Shown piece by piece: positions 13,853 through 27,619 of a DNA stretch of 64,000 nucleotides (its first letter is position 1; each line of letters starts with the position of its first letter). The notes under the pieces were generated by a model, which was not told the DNA's origin, did not search any database, and worked only from the letters and a program-made list of their open reading frames with translations. The stretch lies in NCBI RefSeq assembly GCF_009914755.1, contig NC_060933.1. One strand, written 5' to 3'. This DNA is from the human T2T-CHM13v2.0 reference genome, Homo sapiens. Both the position numbers and the translations under genes were made by a program.

Positions 13853-14355
13853 TAATGAATCTTGGGCAGAAGTGGTGGTGTTTACGTCAAGAAAAAGGCC
13901 TGCCCAGCATTTCCCACTTTTCTGTGGTCTTTATACTCTATATAGTTTTCTTTTGCAACTTGCTAAACTGTACAGCTTTTTGGCAGATATATTAAATGAT
14001 TTTATATTTAGATAATGAAAGAAGTCACTTGTTCCCAGTAAACAGCCCCGCTCCATGGAACACATCTTTACAGAACTTCTGGTGCCTCCTGAAGAACAGA
14101 GGGCTATGCTTGGGAGAAACGCTGTATTTTTATCTTCCACTGGAGGGCGCTGTCTACTTTGGTGGAAGTGGAACCATCGATTCCACCAATTTATTCTAGC
14201 AGTGTTTCAGCTCACCTGGTGAATTTGTGCCTTGGGCAGTTGTCCAGCAGTCTACTCCTTAATCTGGCTTTTTCCAAGGTCCCACAGGGCAGTAGTGTCA
14301 GGGCTCGGATGAGACCCCAATCAGTGTCATTTCTACTGAGCTGGGCCACTGAACT
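13853..14355 (-). pseudogene. Two remnant exons: 14355-14216 and 14088-13853
   Basis: CAG|gtgagc, ctctgttcttcag|, TTA|gtaaga; in-phase join DWGLIRALTLLPCGTLEKARLRSRLLDNCPRHKFTR|RHQKFCKDVFHGAGLFTGNK*. Confidence 0.55.
14137..14152 (+). promoter_or_regulatory. Candidate CTCF core motif
   Basis: CCACTGGAGGGCGCTG vs consensus CCACYAGRGGGCGC. Confidence 0.4.
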
Positions 14356-14504
14356 CTAAGAGTTCTTGTCTTTGAAAAGAAGGCTTTTCAGAGCATACCG
14401 CAGCCTCATCCCATATGTGTGTATCTGTTACCCATTCCTATACTGTCTGTGACTCAATTTCCATGACTTTGCATCCTTTGCCTTTGCAAAAATATAAACT
14501 GGGC

Positions 14505-14930
14505 ATCTTTCTTTTCTTTTCTCTTTCTTTCTCTCTCTCTCTCTCTTTCTCTCTCTTTCTTTCTCTCTCTCTCTCTCCTCTCTCTCTTTTTCTCTCTTTC
14601 TCTCCTCTCTTTCTTCCTTTCCTTCTTTCTTTCCTTCTTTTCTTTCTTTCCTTCCTTCCTTTCTTCCTTCCCTTCCTTCCTTTCTTTCTCTTTCTTTCTT
14701 TATTTCTTCCTTTCCTTCTTTCTTTCCTTCTTTCTTTCTTTCCTTCTTTCTTTCCTTCCTTCTTTCCTTCCTTCCTTCCTTTCTTCCCTTCCTTCCCTTC
14801 CTTCCCTTCCTCCCTCCCTCCCTCCCTTCTTCCCTCCTTTCTTTCTTTCTTCCTTTCTTTCTCTCTCTCTCTCTCTCTCCCTCTCTCTCTCTCTTTCCCT
14901 CTCTCTCTCTCTTTCTCTTTTTCTTTCTTT
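14505..14930. repeat. Polypyrimidine (CT/CTTT/CCTT)n tract, expanded Alu tail
   Basis: ~425 bp almost purely C/T. Confidence 0.95.
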
Positions 14931-15068
14931 GTCTCACTCTGTCACCCAGGCTGCAGTGCAGTGGCGCGATCTCCACTCACTGCAACCTCCGTCTCCTGGG
15001 TTCAACCGATTGTCCTTCCTCAGCCTCCTGAGTAGCTGGGATTACAGGCATGAGCCAAGGTGCCCGGC
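14931..15068 (-). mobile_element. Monomeric or internally deleted Alu
   Basis: Right-arm sequence joined to Alu 5' end. Confidence 0.8.
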
Positions 15069-15166
15069 CTCGGCATCTTTCAAATAGGATCTGCTCCCTA
15101 GGTCATGACTCTCCCTCTGGATCCACTGCCGCACAGTCTCCCAAGTTGTCAGCACATGGCTTTAAA

Positions 15167-15320
15167 GTAGGGCTTCTCCAACTTTAACGTGCAAAGGAAA
15201 TGTCTGGTATCCAGTGAAATGCAGATTCTGATTCAATAGGCCTTGGCAGTGGGGCCTGAGATCCTGCATTTCTAACAGGCCCTGGGTGGTGTCACTACCG
15301 GTTAATGTACCACTTTTCAA
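15167..15320. mobile_element. MER5A-like DNA transposon
   Basis: aaatgcagattctgattcaatagg...ggggcctgagatcctgcatttctaaca. Confidence 0.75.
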
Positions 15321-15451
15321 ACGTCAAGACTTTACCTATTTATCCCATCCTGTCATTGTCCCACTCGTTTTTGCATATAGAAGGTCCCCCCCGCCCCTAT
15401 AAACTCAAGGATGGAGGCTGGTCAATATCTATTTGGAGCTTCGCCTCTTAC

Positions 15452-15650
15452 TTTGTTCTCATCAATTGCTCCTGCAGGGCCCCTCTCCCTAGCTTTGCTC
15501 CATCTCATCTATTCCTCTTTCCCTAGTTGAGCAAGCATGAAGCATTGTGTTGGTGCTTGTGTCTGCCACATCTGTCCCCTGAGTGGTCTTTCACTATCAT
15601 GCAGAGTAACTTCTTTTCATTTTCTCTGATCTTGCCTTTTCATTGAGAGC
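15452..15650 (-). pseudogene. Remnant exon
   Basis: gtttgttgtgtcctgattcag|...AAA|gtaaga, 199 bp, best frame has 2 stops. Confidence 0.4.
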
Positions 15651-15734
15651 CTGAATCAGGACACAACAAACGATAGCATAATGGTAATGACAGATGTCAC
15701 CTGTGCATAAAGTGCTTTTATACCCACAAGGCAG

Positions 15735-16108
15735 TACTGGTCGAGACTATGGGCTAGGGCTCCACAGTCGGCCTGCCTGTGTTCAAATCCTATCTCTGCC
15801 GCTTCCCAGCTGGGTGGCCTAGGCTTAGTTACTTAACCTCTCTGTGTCTTAGTTTCCTAATTTTCAAAATGTGGCGATGCTGCTTTATGAGGTCCTTGTA
15901 AAGATTAAATAAGATAATGTATGTGAAGCATCTAGAATAGGCCTGACACACAGTAGGCACTCAATTATGGTCAGGAATGTTATGATTCCTTTATCCTGTG
16001 AGAAAGGTGAATTATTACTTCCATTTTAAAGACGAGGACCTTGAGGCCCAATGAGGAGAAATGACTTGCACTCAAGAGCCCACAATAAGAACAGCAGCAC
16101 AGCAGGGA
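15735..16108. mobile_element. Two MIRs in opposite orientation
   Basis: ttcaaatcc..acttaacctctctgtgtcttagtttcc and ccattttaaagacgagg..tgacttgc cores. Confidence 0.75.
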
Positions 16109-17532
16109 CCAACCCTGACTCCAACTCAGTGCTCACTGTACCCTCTCCCAACCCTGACTCCAATCCAGTGCTCACTGTACCCTCTCCCAACCCTGACTCC
16201 AATCCCAGTGCTCACTGTACCCTCCCCACCAACCCTGACTCCAATCCCAGTGCTCACTGCACCCTCTCCCAACCCTGACTGTAATCCCAGTGCTCACTGC
16301 ACCCTCTCCGAACCCTGACTCCAATCCCAGTGCTCACTGTACCCCCTCCACCAACACTAACTCCAATCCCAGTGCTCACTGCACCCTCTCCACCAACCCT
16401 GACTCCAACCCCAGTGCTCACTGCACCCTCTCCCAACCCTGACTCCAATCCCAGTGCTCACTGCATCCTCTCCCAACCCTGACTCCAATCCCAGTGCTCA
16501 CTGCACCCTCTCCCAACCCTGACTCCAGTCCCAGTGCTCACTGCATCCTCTCCACCAACCCTGACTCCAATCCCAGTGCTCACTGCACCCTCTCCCAACC
16601 CTGACTCCAATCCCAGTGCTCACTGCACCCCCTCCTAACCCTGACTCCAATCCCAGTGCTCACTGAACCCTCTCCCAACCCTGACTCCAATCCCAGTGCT
16701 CACTGCACCCCCTCCCAACCCTGACTCCAATCCCAGTGCTCACTGCATCCTCTCCCAACCCTGACTCCAATCCCAGTGCTCACTGCACCCATTCCACCAA
16801 CCCTGACTCCAATCCCAGTGCTCACTGCACCCTCTCCACCAACCCTGACTCCAATCCCAGTGCTCAGTGCACCCGCTCCACCAACACTGACTCCAATCCC
16901 AGTGCTCACTGCACCCTCTCCACCAACCCTGACTCCAGTCCCAGTGCTCACTGCACCTTTTCCCAACCCTGACTCCAATCCCAGTGCTCACTGCACCCTC
17001 TCCCAACACTAACTCCAATCCCAGTACTCACTGCACCCTCTCCCAACCCTGACTCCAATCCCAGTGCTCACTGCACCCTCTCCACCAACCCTGACTCCAA
17101 TCTCAGTGCTCACTGCATCCTCTCCCAACCCTGACTCCAATCCCAGTGCTCACTGCACCCATTCCACCAACCCTGACTCCAATCCCAGTGCTCACTGCAC
17201 CCCCTCCCAACCCTGACTCCAATCCCAGTGCTCACTGCACCCTCTCCACCAACCCTGACTCCAGTCCCAGTGCTCACTGCACCTTCTCCCAACCCTGACT
17301 CCAATCCCAGTGCTCACTGCACCCTCTCCCAACCCTGACTCCAATCCCAGTACTCACTGCACCCTCTCCCAACCCTGACTCCAATCCCAGTGCTCACTGC
17401 ACCCTCTCCACCAACCCTGACTCCAATCCCAGTGCTCATTGCACCCTCTCCACCAACCCTGACTCCAAGCCCAGTGCTCACTGCACCCTCTCCCAACCCT
17501 GACTCCAATCCCGGTGCTCACTGCACCCTCTC
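16109..17532. repeat. Minisatellite/VNTR, 40- and 43-bp units, ~34 copies
   Basis: Unit CCAACCCTGACTCCAATCCCAGTGCTCACTGCACCCTCTC, with a 3-bp longer variant (...CTCTCCACCAACC...). Confidence 0.97.
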
Positions 17533-17571
17533 TGTGCTTCCAAACACGGAGTTTCATTACCATCAACTCAC

Positions 17572-17891
17572 AACCCTGAGTGTGACTGTTTTCCAGGCAT
17601 CCTGCTGATCTTTTGTTTTCTCTTTCCTTCTAATGGAGCATTTCCAGCTGGGGTGATTCATGGATCTGGGACCGCATGGCTCCCATTAACTTCGAGGAAA
17701 GTCATAAGGCAAAACCCACATCAATCAAGTCTCCAAATTACTCATCCATCTTTTCAGGTGACACATGGATTAAGATGAACGTGGAGTGAAGTGGGTATCA
17801 TAGAATAACTATTTAGATTTATGAAAATCGTGTCAGAGCTTACACCAAGTCCCCAAATGGAAGCTTGCTCTGTTTTCACGGCATGGTTAAA
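17572..17891 (-). pseudogene. Remnant exon
   Basis: ctgtctcttatccctgaag|...GTT|gtgagt; CRENRASFHLGTWCKL*...LFYDT...LET*LMWVLPYDFPRS*W. Confidence 0.45.
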
Positions 17892-18257
17892 CTTCAGGGA
17901 TAAGAGACAGAATGTCATAATAGAAAGGCCTTGAAGCTTGAAGTCTGAAGGGCTGGGACTCCCAGCTTCACTATTTGCTAGACTTTTGATCACCAGCAAG
18001 CCCTTTAACCCCTAAGAATCTGTTTTCTCGTTTTATTGTTCATCCTTCAAACAGACCAAAGAGTGAGTTATTATCCCCACTTCACAGATGTGGAAACTGA
18101 GGCACAGAGAGAGTAAGTGACTTGCTCAAGTTGATAAGACCACCAAGGAATGAAGCAGGGCTTGACACCCCTATATATGAGTCCAGAAACCTATATCCTT
18201 GTACCACTCTATCTCATAAATGAGATGGTGAGTCTAAAAGCACCAGATACTGGATAG

Positions 18258-18971
<714 letters not shown>

Positions 18972-19374
18972 CTAGTTGAAGGAGATACAGTAATCAGTAA
19001 GGTCATTATTAGGTAAGATAATGACTTCTGAATGAATTCTCTCATTAATCTCATTACAAAATGGTAATGGTACCTGACTAATCATGCCGGAGGGGAGAGC
19101 TGTGTTGAATCAGAGCAAAATTAAGGCTGTAATCCCAGAGCTGCCCCCACCGTTTCTTCATGAAAGCCTCACTTGGGGTTTCGGGATGGGCTGGAAGCCT
19201 CTGACAGGGCAGCCTGTTGATCTGAAGGTTGGGGCACCCCATGTGGCCAGGGGGAGAGTGAGATGGCTGAGTAGCAGTCAGGAAAACCAGCCTCTTCCTG
19301 CTTCTGTTGCTAACTTCCTGGGTTCCTTCGGAGACGTCATGCCTTCCTCTGGGTTCAGTTTCTGGGTTTTCTGA

Positions 19375-19990
19375 TTTTTGTTCCCTGCTTCCACCCTTGC
19401 CCCTTTTATAGAGTCCATTCTCTACCCAGGAGCCAGCATGGCCCTGAAACTCATAAGCGTGGTCATGTCATTCCCAACAACGTTGTGCGTTTCACCCAGA
19501 GAAGGGGCCGTATTCCTACATGGACCACACCCCCTATGTCACCTGCCTCCATTGCCTCTCTGACCTTATCTTCTACCATCTTTCCTGTCACTTGCTTCCC
19601 TTCAGCAACACTGACCTCCTTGCTGTTCCTGGGACACTGCAGGCATGTGCTTGCTGTTCCCTCTGCCTGGATTGTCCCCACCCCATCCCATGTGTCCACA
19701 TGACTCACCTCCTTCCCTCTTTCAAGTCTTTGCTCGAAGGTCACCTTCAGCAATGCCTACCCTGACCACCATATCGAACCCTGCAAACTCTGCATCAGCA
19801 CCCCAATCTATGTTTTCTTTCTCTATGTCCTCACTGCCTTCTGACACACTATTGTTTCTTGTCTGTGTCTCTCACCCCCACCCCTCCCACCCCTGTTGGA
19901 ATGTACGTCTGAGAGCTGGGATCCTGGTAGACTCATTGACATGCCCGGCACGTAGCCGATATGCAATAACTCTGATAAATGTGGAATTTA
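19375..19990. mobile_element. L2 fragment
   Basis: gctgttccctctgcctgga...ttcaagtctttgctcgaaggtcacc L2 3' motifs. Confidence 0.7.
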
Positions 19991-21637
19991 TCACATGCTT
20001 GTAGATTCCCAATGTTGCTGGACACTAAGGGAGGAACCCCAGTGTGTGAGACCGATGACCAGGGACGACTAAGTGTGCATTCACTGCAGCGAGGTCCTCT
20101 GTTGGTGGGGCTGGCTTTGCTTTTTCATCCTGTTAGAAATTGGAGCCTCATCAAGTTCCTTTATTCCGATGAGAGCTAGCCTGAGTACACACATTCTTGG
20201 TGGCAGTGTCTGGAGTCAGAGAAATCTCAACAGCCAGGAGAGCTGGGCCAAATGGAGTGAGATGGAATTGACAGAGGTGAAAAGGAAGCCTTGTTCCGGT
20301 CTCCAACCCCAGTGTGCAGGTGCAGGGTGTGGGTGATGGGGGTTCCACAGGCACACGCATGCAAAAACCTCAAGGGTCTCAGCAGATGGGAATTCAGGCT
20401 GTTTGAATAGATTCCTCATGACAAAAATAAGACAGGTAGCAATCTCATACTAACCCTCACTGGTCCAACCACCTAGAATCAAGTCAGTTCTGCGGTTTAC
20501 ATTGGTGCCAAAGATAAAATGGAACATGGCGTGGTGGGGAGGTAGTTTTCATTAAATGCTCGATGAGTTAAGCTCTGAATTAACACATGAATATATTTGT
20601 TTCTGTGTGCCCCATTTTATGGGGATGCAATAATAAATTGTCCAGAGCTAACAGGGGGCCTGAAAACCATACCACCGAAGGGACAATGAAAAAAACAAAG
20701 GGAAGTTTAACCTGAATAACAGAAGGCAGGGTGAAAATGGGCCCCGTCTTTAGTAACTGCAGGACCAGCACGTGAAAGCCAGATTACTTTAATATGGCTT
20801 TAGAACAGGGATTGCTGGTAACCAATCCAAGTGCCACCACGTGCCACTTCCAACCCAGTGGCAAACATCATTAATCAATCATAAATACTTTCCCATAAAG
20901 CCAGACCAAGTCTCAGAACCCTTCTCAACACAGTGTCCCAAACTCCCTCACCCAAATTGAACGAACACACAAGGTAAAATAAAATTGTGATACTTTGCCT
21001 AGAACAATGATTGAGAGCTCATTAACATTAAGAAAAACACATTTTGCTAGACGCGAAGATGGAGTATCCTGGGATGGGATGGGGGGGCAGTGAGTTTCTA
21101 GAACATTATTGTTTAAGAAGAGGTTGTTTCTCTCCCTTCCTTCCCATGATGGTGTCCAGTGACAAGGTTGGCATCTGAGCTCTCATTGGTACACGGGACG
21201 CATTTCCAGTGTTGAGAGCTCAGACCTGTAGTTATATCTAACAAAGCGCCTTAACAGCTAAGGATAGTGATTAGTGCTCAAAAACAGCAGGCACAAGGCC
21301 CTTCAATGCAGTGAACGGTGCCCTGGAAATGCTTCCTGGTTGCTCCCAGGAAGTTCTGCCATTTTCCCCTGCTAACCAGGTCCCAATGTCAACAGCTCTT
21401 GCCAGTACTACATTCCTTGGATTTTGGCTCATATACTACTTAATGTCCAGGTTCAGCGGTTCATCTCGTAGCACCCCTGCCCCAGGGCCCTTTTGCCAGT
21501 GACTATGGGTGTCTGTGGTGAGCCTACACCCTGGCAACTTCAGCCATGTTTCCTGCTAGGGCATATGGGAACTTCCAGCTCCTCTATGTGATGGAGAGAA
21601 AGGAACTGGGCTCTCTCTCAGCCTAATTATACCACAC

Positions 21638-22137
21638 CTGAATTCCTTTCAGCTGCCCATGTTGGTGCAGGAGTGCTCTTAAAGGTTCTGCCTCCCAGAG
21701 TAATGAAAGATACAATGGAGCATAAGTGTATTCTCCCTTCAACTTTCCACCTATGATATCCACAAGACCTTTCTGCCACCTATTCCTTCCCTGCCCCATC
21801 CTGGGATTTCCACTGTAAAAGAGAGCCAGGACACTTGAGTCTCTTCTTGGCATATTTCCTCCTCTCTCCTCATTTTTCCTTTCCTTCCCCTTTCTGTCTG
21901 ATGGGAACTTACCTTATCAATCATCATCTTCTCTATAATGCGACTTTATGGAAAAATTGCACAATCTGAGATCATCAGCCTCTGTTCTTGATGGTAAAGA
22001 AGCATTTAGAATTTAAAGAACTTTAATCTTTCTCAACAAAGCCTATCTTTTAAGCTATTGCCTCAAAACTCTAGTCTGATTTAAAGTAGAACAATGACTT
22101 TTTTGGCCTAAACGCTAGGTGGTACACACATCTGTTT
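21638..22137 (-). pseudogene. Two remnant exons: 22137-21913 and 21812-21638
   Basis: ctttatttcttcag|...AAG|gtaagt, 100-bp intron, ctctcttttacag|...CAG|gtgtgg; second exon open for 58 codons (RWQKGLVDIIGGKLKGEYTYAPLYLSLLWEAEPLRALL). Confidence 0.5.
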
Positions 22138-22976
22138 CTGAAGAAATAAAGATCATTGAGTGAATGGAAAGCCACAGGACATATGACTCGTGGAAGGAAA
22201 AACTTGATTTTCTATCTTAAAAAGTTGTTTTCTATGGAATAACCAAAGTGTATAAGAATATTTGTGTTTAGGGGTGTTCACTATAGTATCATTTGTCGTT
22301 AAAATAAAATTGGAAGCAACCTGAATGTCCATGAAAAGGGGATCAGTTAAGTTGGGGTTTTTAATGTTATAGGATATTGTTCATTCACATGGGTAAAATT
22401 TTGTATTATTAGATGAAGAAAGCACATTATAAAATAGCATATTCAATATGACTTTGTAAAAAAGTATATAACTGTCTATCTCTGGATGATAAAATGAGTG
22501 ATTTTTAAAATGTTCTTCTTTGAGCTTTTTTATATTTTTGAAATTACTATTGAACATCTGTTAGTTTTGTGGTCAGAAACGAATGACAAATGCTCTGTTT
22601 ATTTTATGGAGAAGAAAATACAGATGATCTCTTGATGGGGATGAGAGGGCACAGAGGATGCTGTGACCATTCTAGTCTCTCTAAGTCCAGAGACTCTAGT
22701 TCTGTGATGCCCCCAACTTTGACCTCTGGCTGTGTGGTATGATGACAGAGTGGAAAGGTCCACTCCAGGTTTGGTGGTTCCCAAGCCCTTGGACAATAAC
22801 CAGTGCTCCAACAAGTACAGAAAGTGCCTGCTCCCAACGAAGCCTTCCCACCATAGCAATACTCCAGTTGATTACAGAACTATGGTGCCAAGAGAGCTTT
22901 CTGCCTGTGCTCAAGCCTTGAGTACGCTGGAGCTTCAATCTTTTATGAAACAGCTTTTCGTTTCTTCTTTCTTTAC

Positions 22977-23139
22977 CAAGGGCTTTTACAAGCCACTGAG
23001 TGGTTCTTTGTGCATCAATTTTTAATCTTGTTAAGGTTTCTTTTTCCACTTGACCAGTCCTCAGTTTATAAATAACACATCAAAAATTTGCTCCAATTCT
23101 TTCTGTAGGCTTTGTTTGCGTTTGATTAAAAATGGTCTC
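22977..23139 (-). pseudogene. Remnant exon, RGS-like
   Basis: ctttcttccttctcaatag|...CCTTG|gtaaag; SLQKELEQIFDVLFIN then frameshift to GQVEKETLTRLKIDAQRTTQWLVKAL. Confidence 0.55.
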
Positions 23140-25976
23140 CTATTGAGAAGGAAGAAAGTGGTGAACACATCACTGTCTGCCCGTGTCCTCCCCCATGTAC
23201 AGACTTTCCATGGCTCCCTATGCCAGTCAGAGCAAGCCCAGACTTCTCCACGTAGCACTCAAGGCATGCCATGACCTGGCCCAACCATCTTTTCTAGCTC
23301 AGTTCCTCCCATCATTCTCCCAACACACCCCAGAAGCCAGGAACAACTGCTGTTCCAGGCCGTGTTCCACCTTACAGTCTTCCTCCCTGTGCTCACCCCA
23401 TGTCCTCTATTGGGAGTGCCTGAAAAGACCTGGAGTGATTTTGACTTAACATGTTTCTGTATGGTTCTCTGTGAGTTATGTTTCAGTTTCTGACATGCTA
23501 GATTTGCCTAGTTCCCTTGTAGATATGGCTATAGTTTAATAGAGTCTGGACTTGAAGATCAGACAGATCTGTGTTTGAATTACACTCTGTGGCATTGGTC
23601 AAGAATTGATAGCTTCATTCATCTATTCATAAAATGGAGAGAGTAATGCCCACCCAACAGATCAGTTATAAGAATAGAATACTATTGCTTATGTAAAACT
23701 ATGGAGTAATGGGCCTGGTACATAGGAAGAGCTCAAAAATTATGAAATCTGGGTCTTAGGCAATATTTGTATATCCAACTGCTCAAGTATGTTTGAAACA
23801 CCTGTATGCTCACCACCTAGATTCAACAGTTGTTAACATTTGGTCATATATGCTTTATCTATCTATATCTATTCATCTAGCCATCCATTATCTACATATC
23901 TATCTGTCTGTCTTCTATCAATTTAGAGCTATGTAACCATCTCTCTCTCTTTTCTTTGGGGGGCGGGCTGTAGTACTTGAAAGAAGTTGCAGATATAATT
24001 CTTCAACACTCATGCATCTAAAAATAAGAACATTCTCTTACACAACCAAATGCCACTTTGAATCTAAGAACATTCACAATAATTCTATATTATCTAATAT
24101 CGAGTCCTCATTAAAATTTCCCAATCGTCCCCAAAATGTTTTTATAGTTTGCCCCTAACCAAGATCCAATTAAGGTTCACATATTACATTTGGTTGTTAT
24201 ATTTCCTCTGTCTCCTTTAATCTTGAACACCTCTCACCTAGGCCTTTATTGACTTTTGAAAATATTAGGCTACTACTGTCTTGTAGAATGTTTCACATTT
24301 TGGAGTTTCCTGCTTGTTTCCTTGTCACATCTTTTAACATTTTACCCCCATCTCTTGTATTTTTCATCAACTAATTGGCATAGATTATAGATCCCCCTAA
24401 AATGGCCAGGTAAAGACTTCATTCTTTCATTACCAAGTTTCAGAGTAAGGAGTTGGGGTAACAGTCCCTTTGGTGCTGGCCTCCGAGTTTCCCTCTTCTC
24501 TGTCTCTTTTGCTCTCTGTTTTTCTCTCTTTTAAAGTATTCACTAAGATCTCTTGGATCTTTTTTTCTTCTATCCATCCCTCTATCCATCCATAAATTCA
24601 TCTAGGTATGATGTAACGATCCAATTTTATGATTTCCCAAGTGACTAGTTGTCCTATATCATTTGTGTTAAAGTTCATATTTCTCCAAAGATTTGAGATT
24701 CCTCCTTCAGTAACATCAAATTTCCATGTGTAGTGGGTCTGTCTATTTCTGGTCTTTTTGTCCTGTTCTATTGATATATCTGTTAAATTATGTGTTAATA
24801 CTATATCATTATAATTTTAGAGGTTTTCTTATATATTTTAGTATCTGAGAGAACTAGCTCCTCTGGCTATTGCTCTACATTCTTGATGTCTTCCTGGCTG
24901 TTCTTGTTTGTTTTCATATGAACTTTAGAATCAAGTTGTCTAGTTTCAGAAAAAAAGTGTTGGTATTTTTACTGCAATTGGCCTAAATTTATTATTTGTT
25001 TATTATTTTGGGGATATATTGAGTTGTATTATCTTAAGAGTATTTATGAAGATAATTGTATTATTTTTCTTCTTAGAATTGTTAATTTTTAGAATTACAT
25101 TAATTTCCTAATATTGAACCATCCTTGAATTGTTGTAATAAAACTTGGCCATATGTATTTTTTCAATGTGCTATTGGATTTTTTGATACAATTTTTGTAT
25201 AGTTATTGATAAGTGAGATTGGTCTGTAACTTTTTTGCACAATATTTTTTGGGTTAAGGTATTAATATTATTTTCACTATATAAATGAAATTCAAAATTT
25301 GCATTATTTTTCTGTTATTTGGGACAGTTTAAATGGCATTGGGATTATCTGATTTTTGAAGGAATAGTATAATTCCCCTCTTAAACCATGTGGACCCAGT
25401 AGTTTTATGGTTGGTTAGTTATTCCATAACTTTCTCTATTATGGATATTGATCTATATAAGCTATCTCCTTTTGTGTCAATTCTGGTAAATTATATTTTT
25501 CCTAGAAAATCATTCCATCTAGGCTTTAAAATTTACATACACTTGATTGTACAAAGTGATCTTACTAATTTCTTCTGTTTCAATGGTTATTTCTTCCTTG
25601 TCATTTCTTATTTTGTGTATTCCTTCTGATTATTTTTCATGACGAAGTTAACTGTCTATTCAGTCTGTCTATATTTTTTTTTCCTAGAACTTATAAAAGT
25701 TTCCACTGTAATGCAGTGTATCATTAATTTTTATGAATGTTTCATGTGCACTTGGATAAAAGATGTATTCTCTACTATCAGGGTGTAAGTTTTGATAGCT
25801 ATACATGAGAATTATCTTACTGATTCTGTTGTTTAGAAATGTTATCCATTTTTATCTTTTGTCTACTTCACCTTTTTGGAGTGAGAGTGGTATTTAAAAT
25901 CTCTCGTCATTAGTGCTTTCTATACATTTCTGTTTGCATTTCCTGTAGTTTCTGCTTTCTGAAGATTGCTCTGTGT

Positions 25977-26296
25977 CAGGGGTCCCCAGTCCCTGGTCCG
26001 TGGCCTGTTAGGAACCAGGCCACATAGCAAGGGGTGAATGGTGGCTGAGTGAGCATTACCACCTGAGCTCCACCACCTGTCAGATCAGTGGTGCCATTAG
26101 ATTCTCATAGGAGCTTGAACTGTATTGTGAACTGTGCATGTGAGGGATCTAGATTGCACACTCCTTATGAGAATCTAATGTCTGATGATCTGACATGGAA
26201 CAATTTCACCCTGAAACCATCCCCACTCCCACTGCCATGTGTGGAAGAATTGTCTTCCACAAAACTGGTCTCTGGTGCCAAAAAGGTTGGGGACTG
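25977..26296 (+). mobile_element. MER1B-like DNA transposon
   Basis: caggggtcccc...aaaggttggggactg; TSD ctctgtgt/ctctatgt. Confidence 0.87.
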
Positions 26297-27220
26297 CTCT
26301 ATGTTATTTGCTGTGTTGATATCCATATTGTTACATCTTCATTGTGAATTGCAGCCTGAAATTATTAAGTGTTCTGCTTTGTCTCACTTAATTTTTCTGG
26401 CCTGAATTTTACCCTGTGATAGGTCAAGGTATCAGATTTCTTTTCACCTTGCATATTTTGGTTCAATCCTTTATTTTTAGCCTTATCTACTCACTTAGTT
26501 TCTGATATGTATCTTGAAAAACAGGATAGATTTGAGTTTTGTCTCATAAGCCAATCTGAAAATCTTTTTATTCCAGTAGGTAAGTTAAGCCTATTTACAT
26601 TTATTGATATGATTTTAGTCTTAGTTCTGTCATTTGCCATTAAAATTTTTTTTGTTTTGTGTTTTTATTTCATTTGGTGTGTAGAAAGGTTTGAATATTT
26701 GCTTTAGTGGTTATGTTCAGCTAACAGCTTTACTTAATGCTGTTAGTCTCCTTTCCTTACTTATATTAACTACTATTTGCTTTTTTGACCTTAAATGATA
26801 TTCTTTGATTCTCACCTATGTAGCAATAATTAGCTTATTTTACTTTTCACTTTTTCTCTCCCTTCCTCCTTTTTAGTCATATGATTTCAACTTTCTCAGA
26901 ATATGATATCTACATACTATTCTTCCATCTTTGTGGAAATCTAAATTTTAGTCATACATCTATGATTAAATACATCCAATGATCAAAATCTGTTCTGTCA
27001 ACATTTCTCCAATCATCTCCTGGTTGGAAAAAGTTCTTGTAGATTTCTCAGAAGGGACTCATGAATGCAATATTCTATAAATTTTTTATATTTAAACTAT
27101 TTTTCTTAGTCTTGATATTGACAGACAGATCAATGGACATAAAATTCCTTCCTTCCAGGTTTATTTTAACTTGAGTTTCTTGGAAACGTTACTCTATTGA
27201 TGACTAGCTTTATATGTTGC

Positions 27221-27619
27221 TGCTATAGTTTGAATGTGTGCCCCAAAATTTATGTGCTAGAAACTTAATCCCCAGTGCAACAATGTTGGGAGCTGGGGCC
27301 CTTGGGAGGTATTTAGGTCCCAGGAAGGGTCCTCATGAATGGATCAAAGTTGTTATAAAAGGGCTTTCCAGAGTGGGTTCACTCTCTTCTGCCATGTGAG
27401 GACACAGAGTTCATCCCTTTCTTGTCCTTCCACCTGCCACCATGTGAAGACACAGAGACAAGGCACCTTCTTGAAAGCAGAGAGCAGCCCTGACTGGCAC
27501 CAATGTCAGCACCTTAATCTTGGACTTCTTAGCCTTCATGATCATGGGAAATAAATTTCTGTGTATAAAATTACTCAGTCTTAGGTACTCTGTTATAGCA
27601 ATACAAACTCACTAAGACA
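27221..27619 (+). mobile_element. MST-family solo LTR
   Basis: TG...CA ends, 5-bp TSD gttgc. Confidence 0.85.

Noticed and set aside
14415-15035. 206-aa and 182-aa ORFs
   Set aside because: Translations of the CT/GA tract plus Alu; low complexity.
16109-17532. CRISPR-like or telomere-like array
   Set aside because: No unique spacers, no cas genes, eukaryotic DNA; only a single AACCCT per unit.
16051-17608. Mucin-like Pro/Thr/Ser repeat ORFs
   Set aside because: Stop-poor VNTR; the 40/43-bp units are not multiples of 3 and there is no gene context.
21440-21583. Additional exon after 21638
   Set aside because: Good acceptor, but the implied intron is only 54 bp and the donor is unclear; left uncalled.
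22977-23139. In-frame TGA read as selenocysteine
   Set aside because: Neighbouring exons have TAG/TAA stops and frameshifts, no SECIS was seen, and decay is the simpler explanation.
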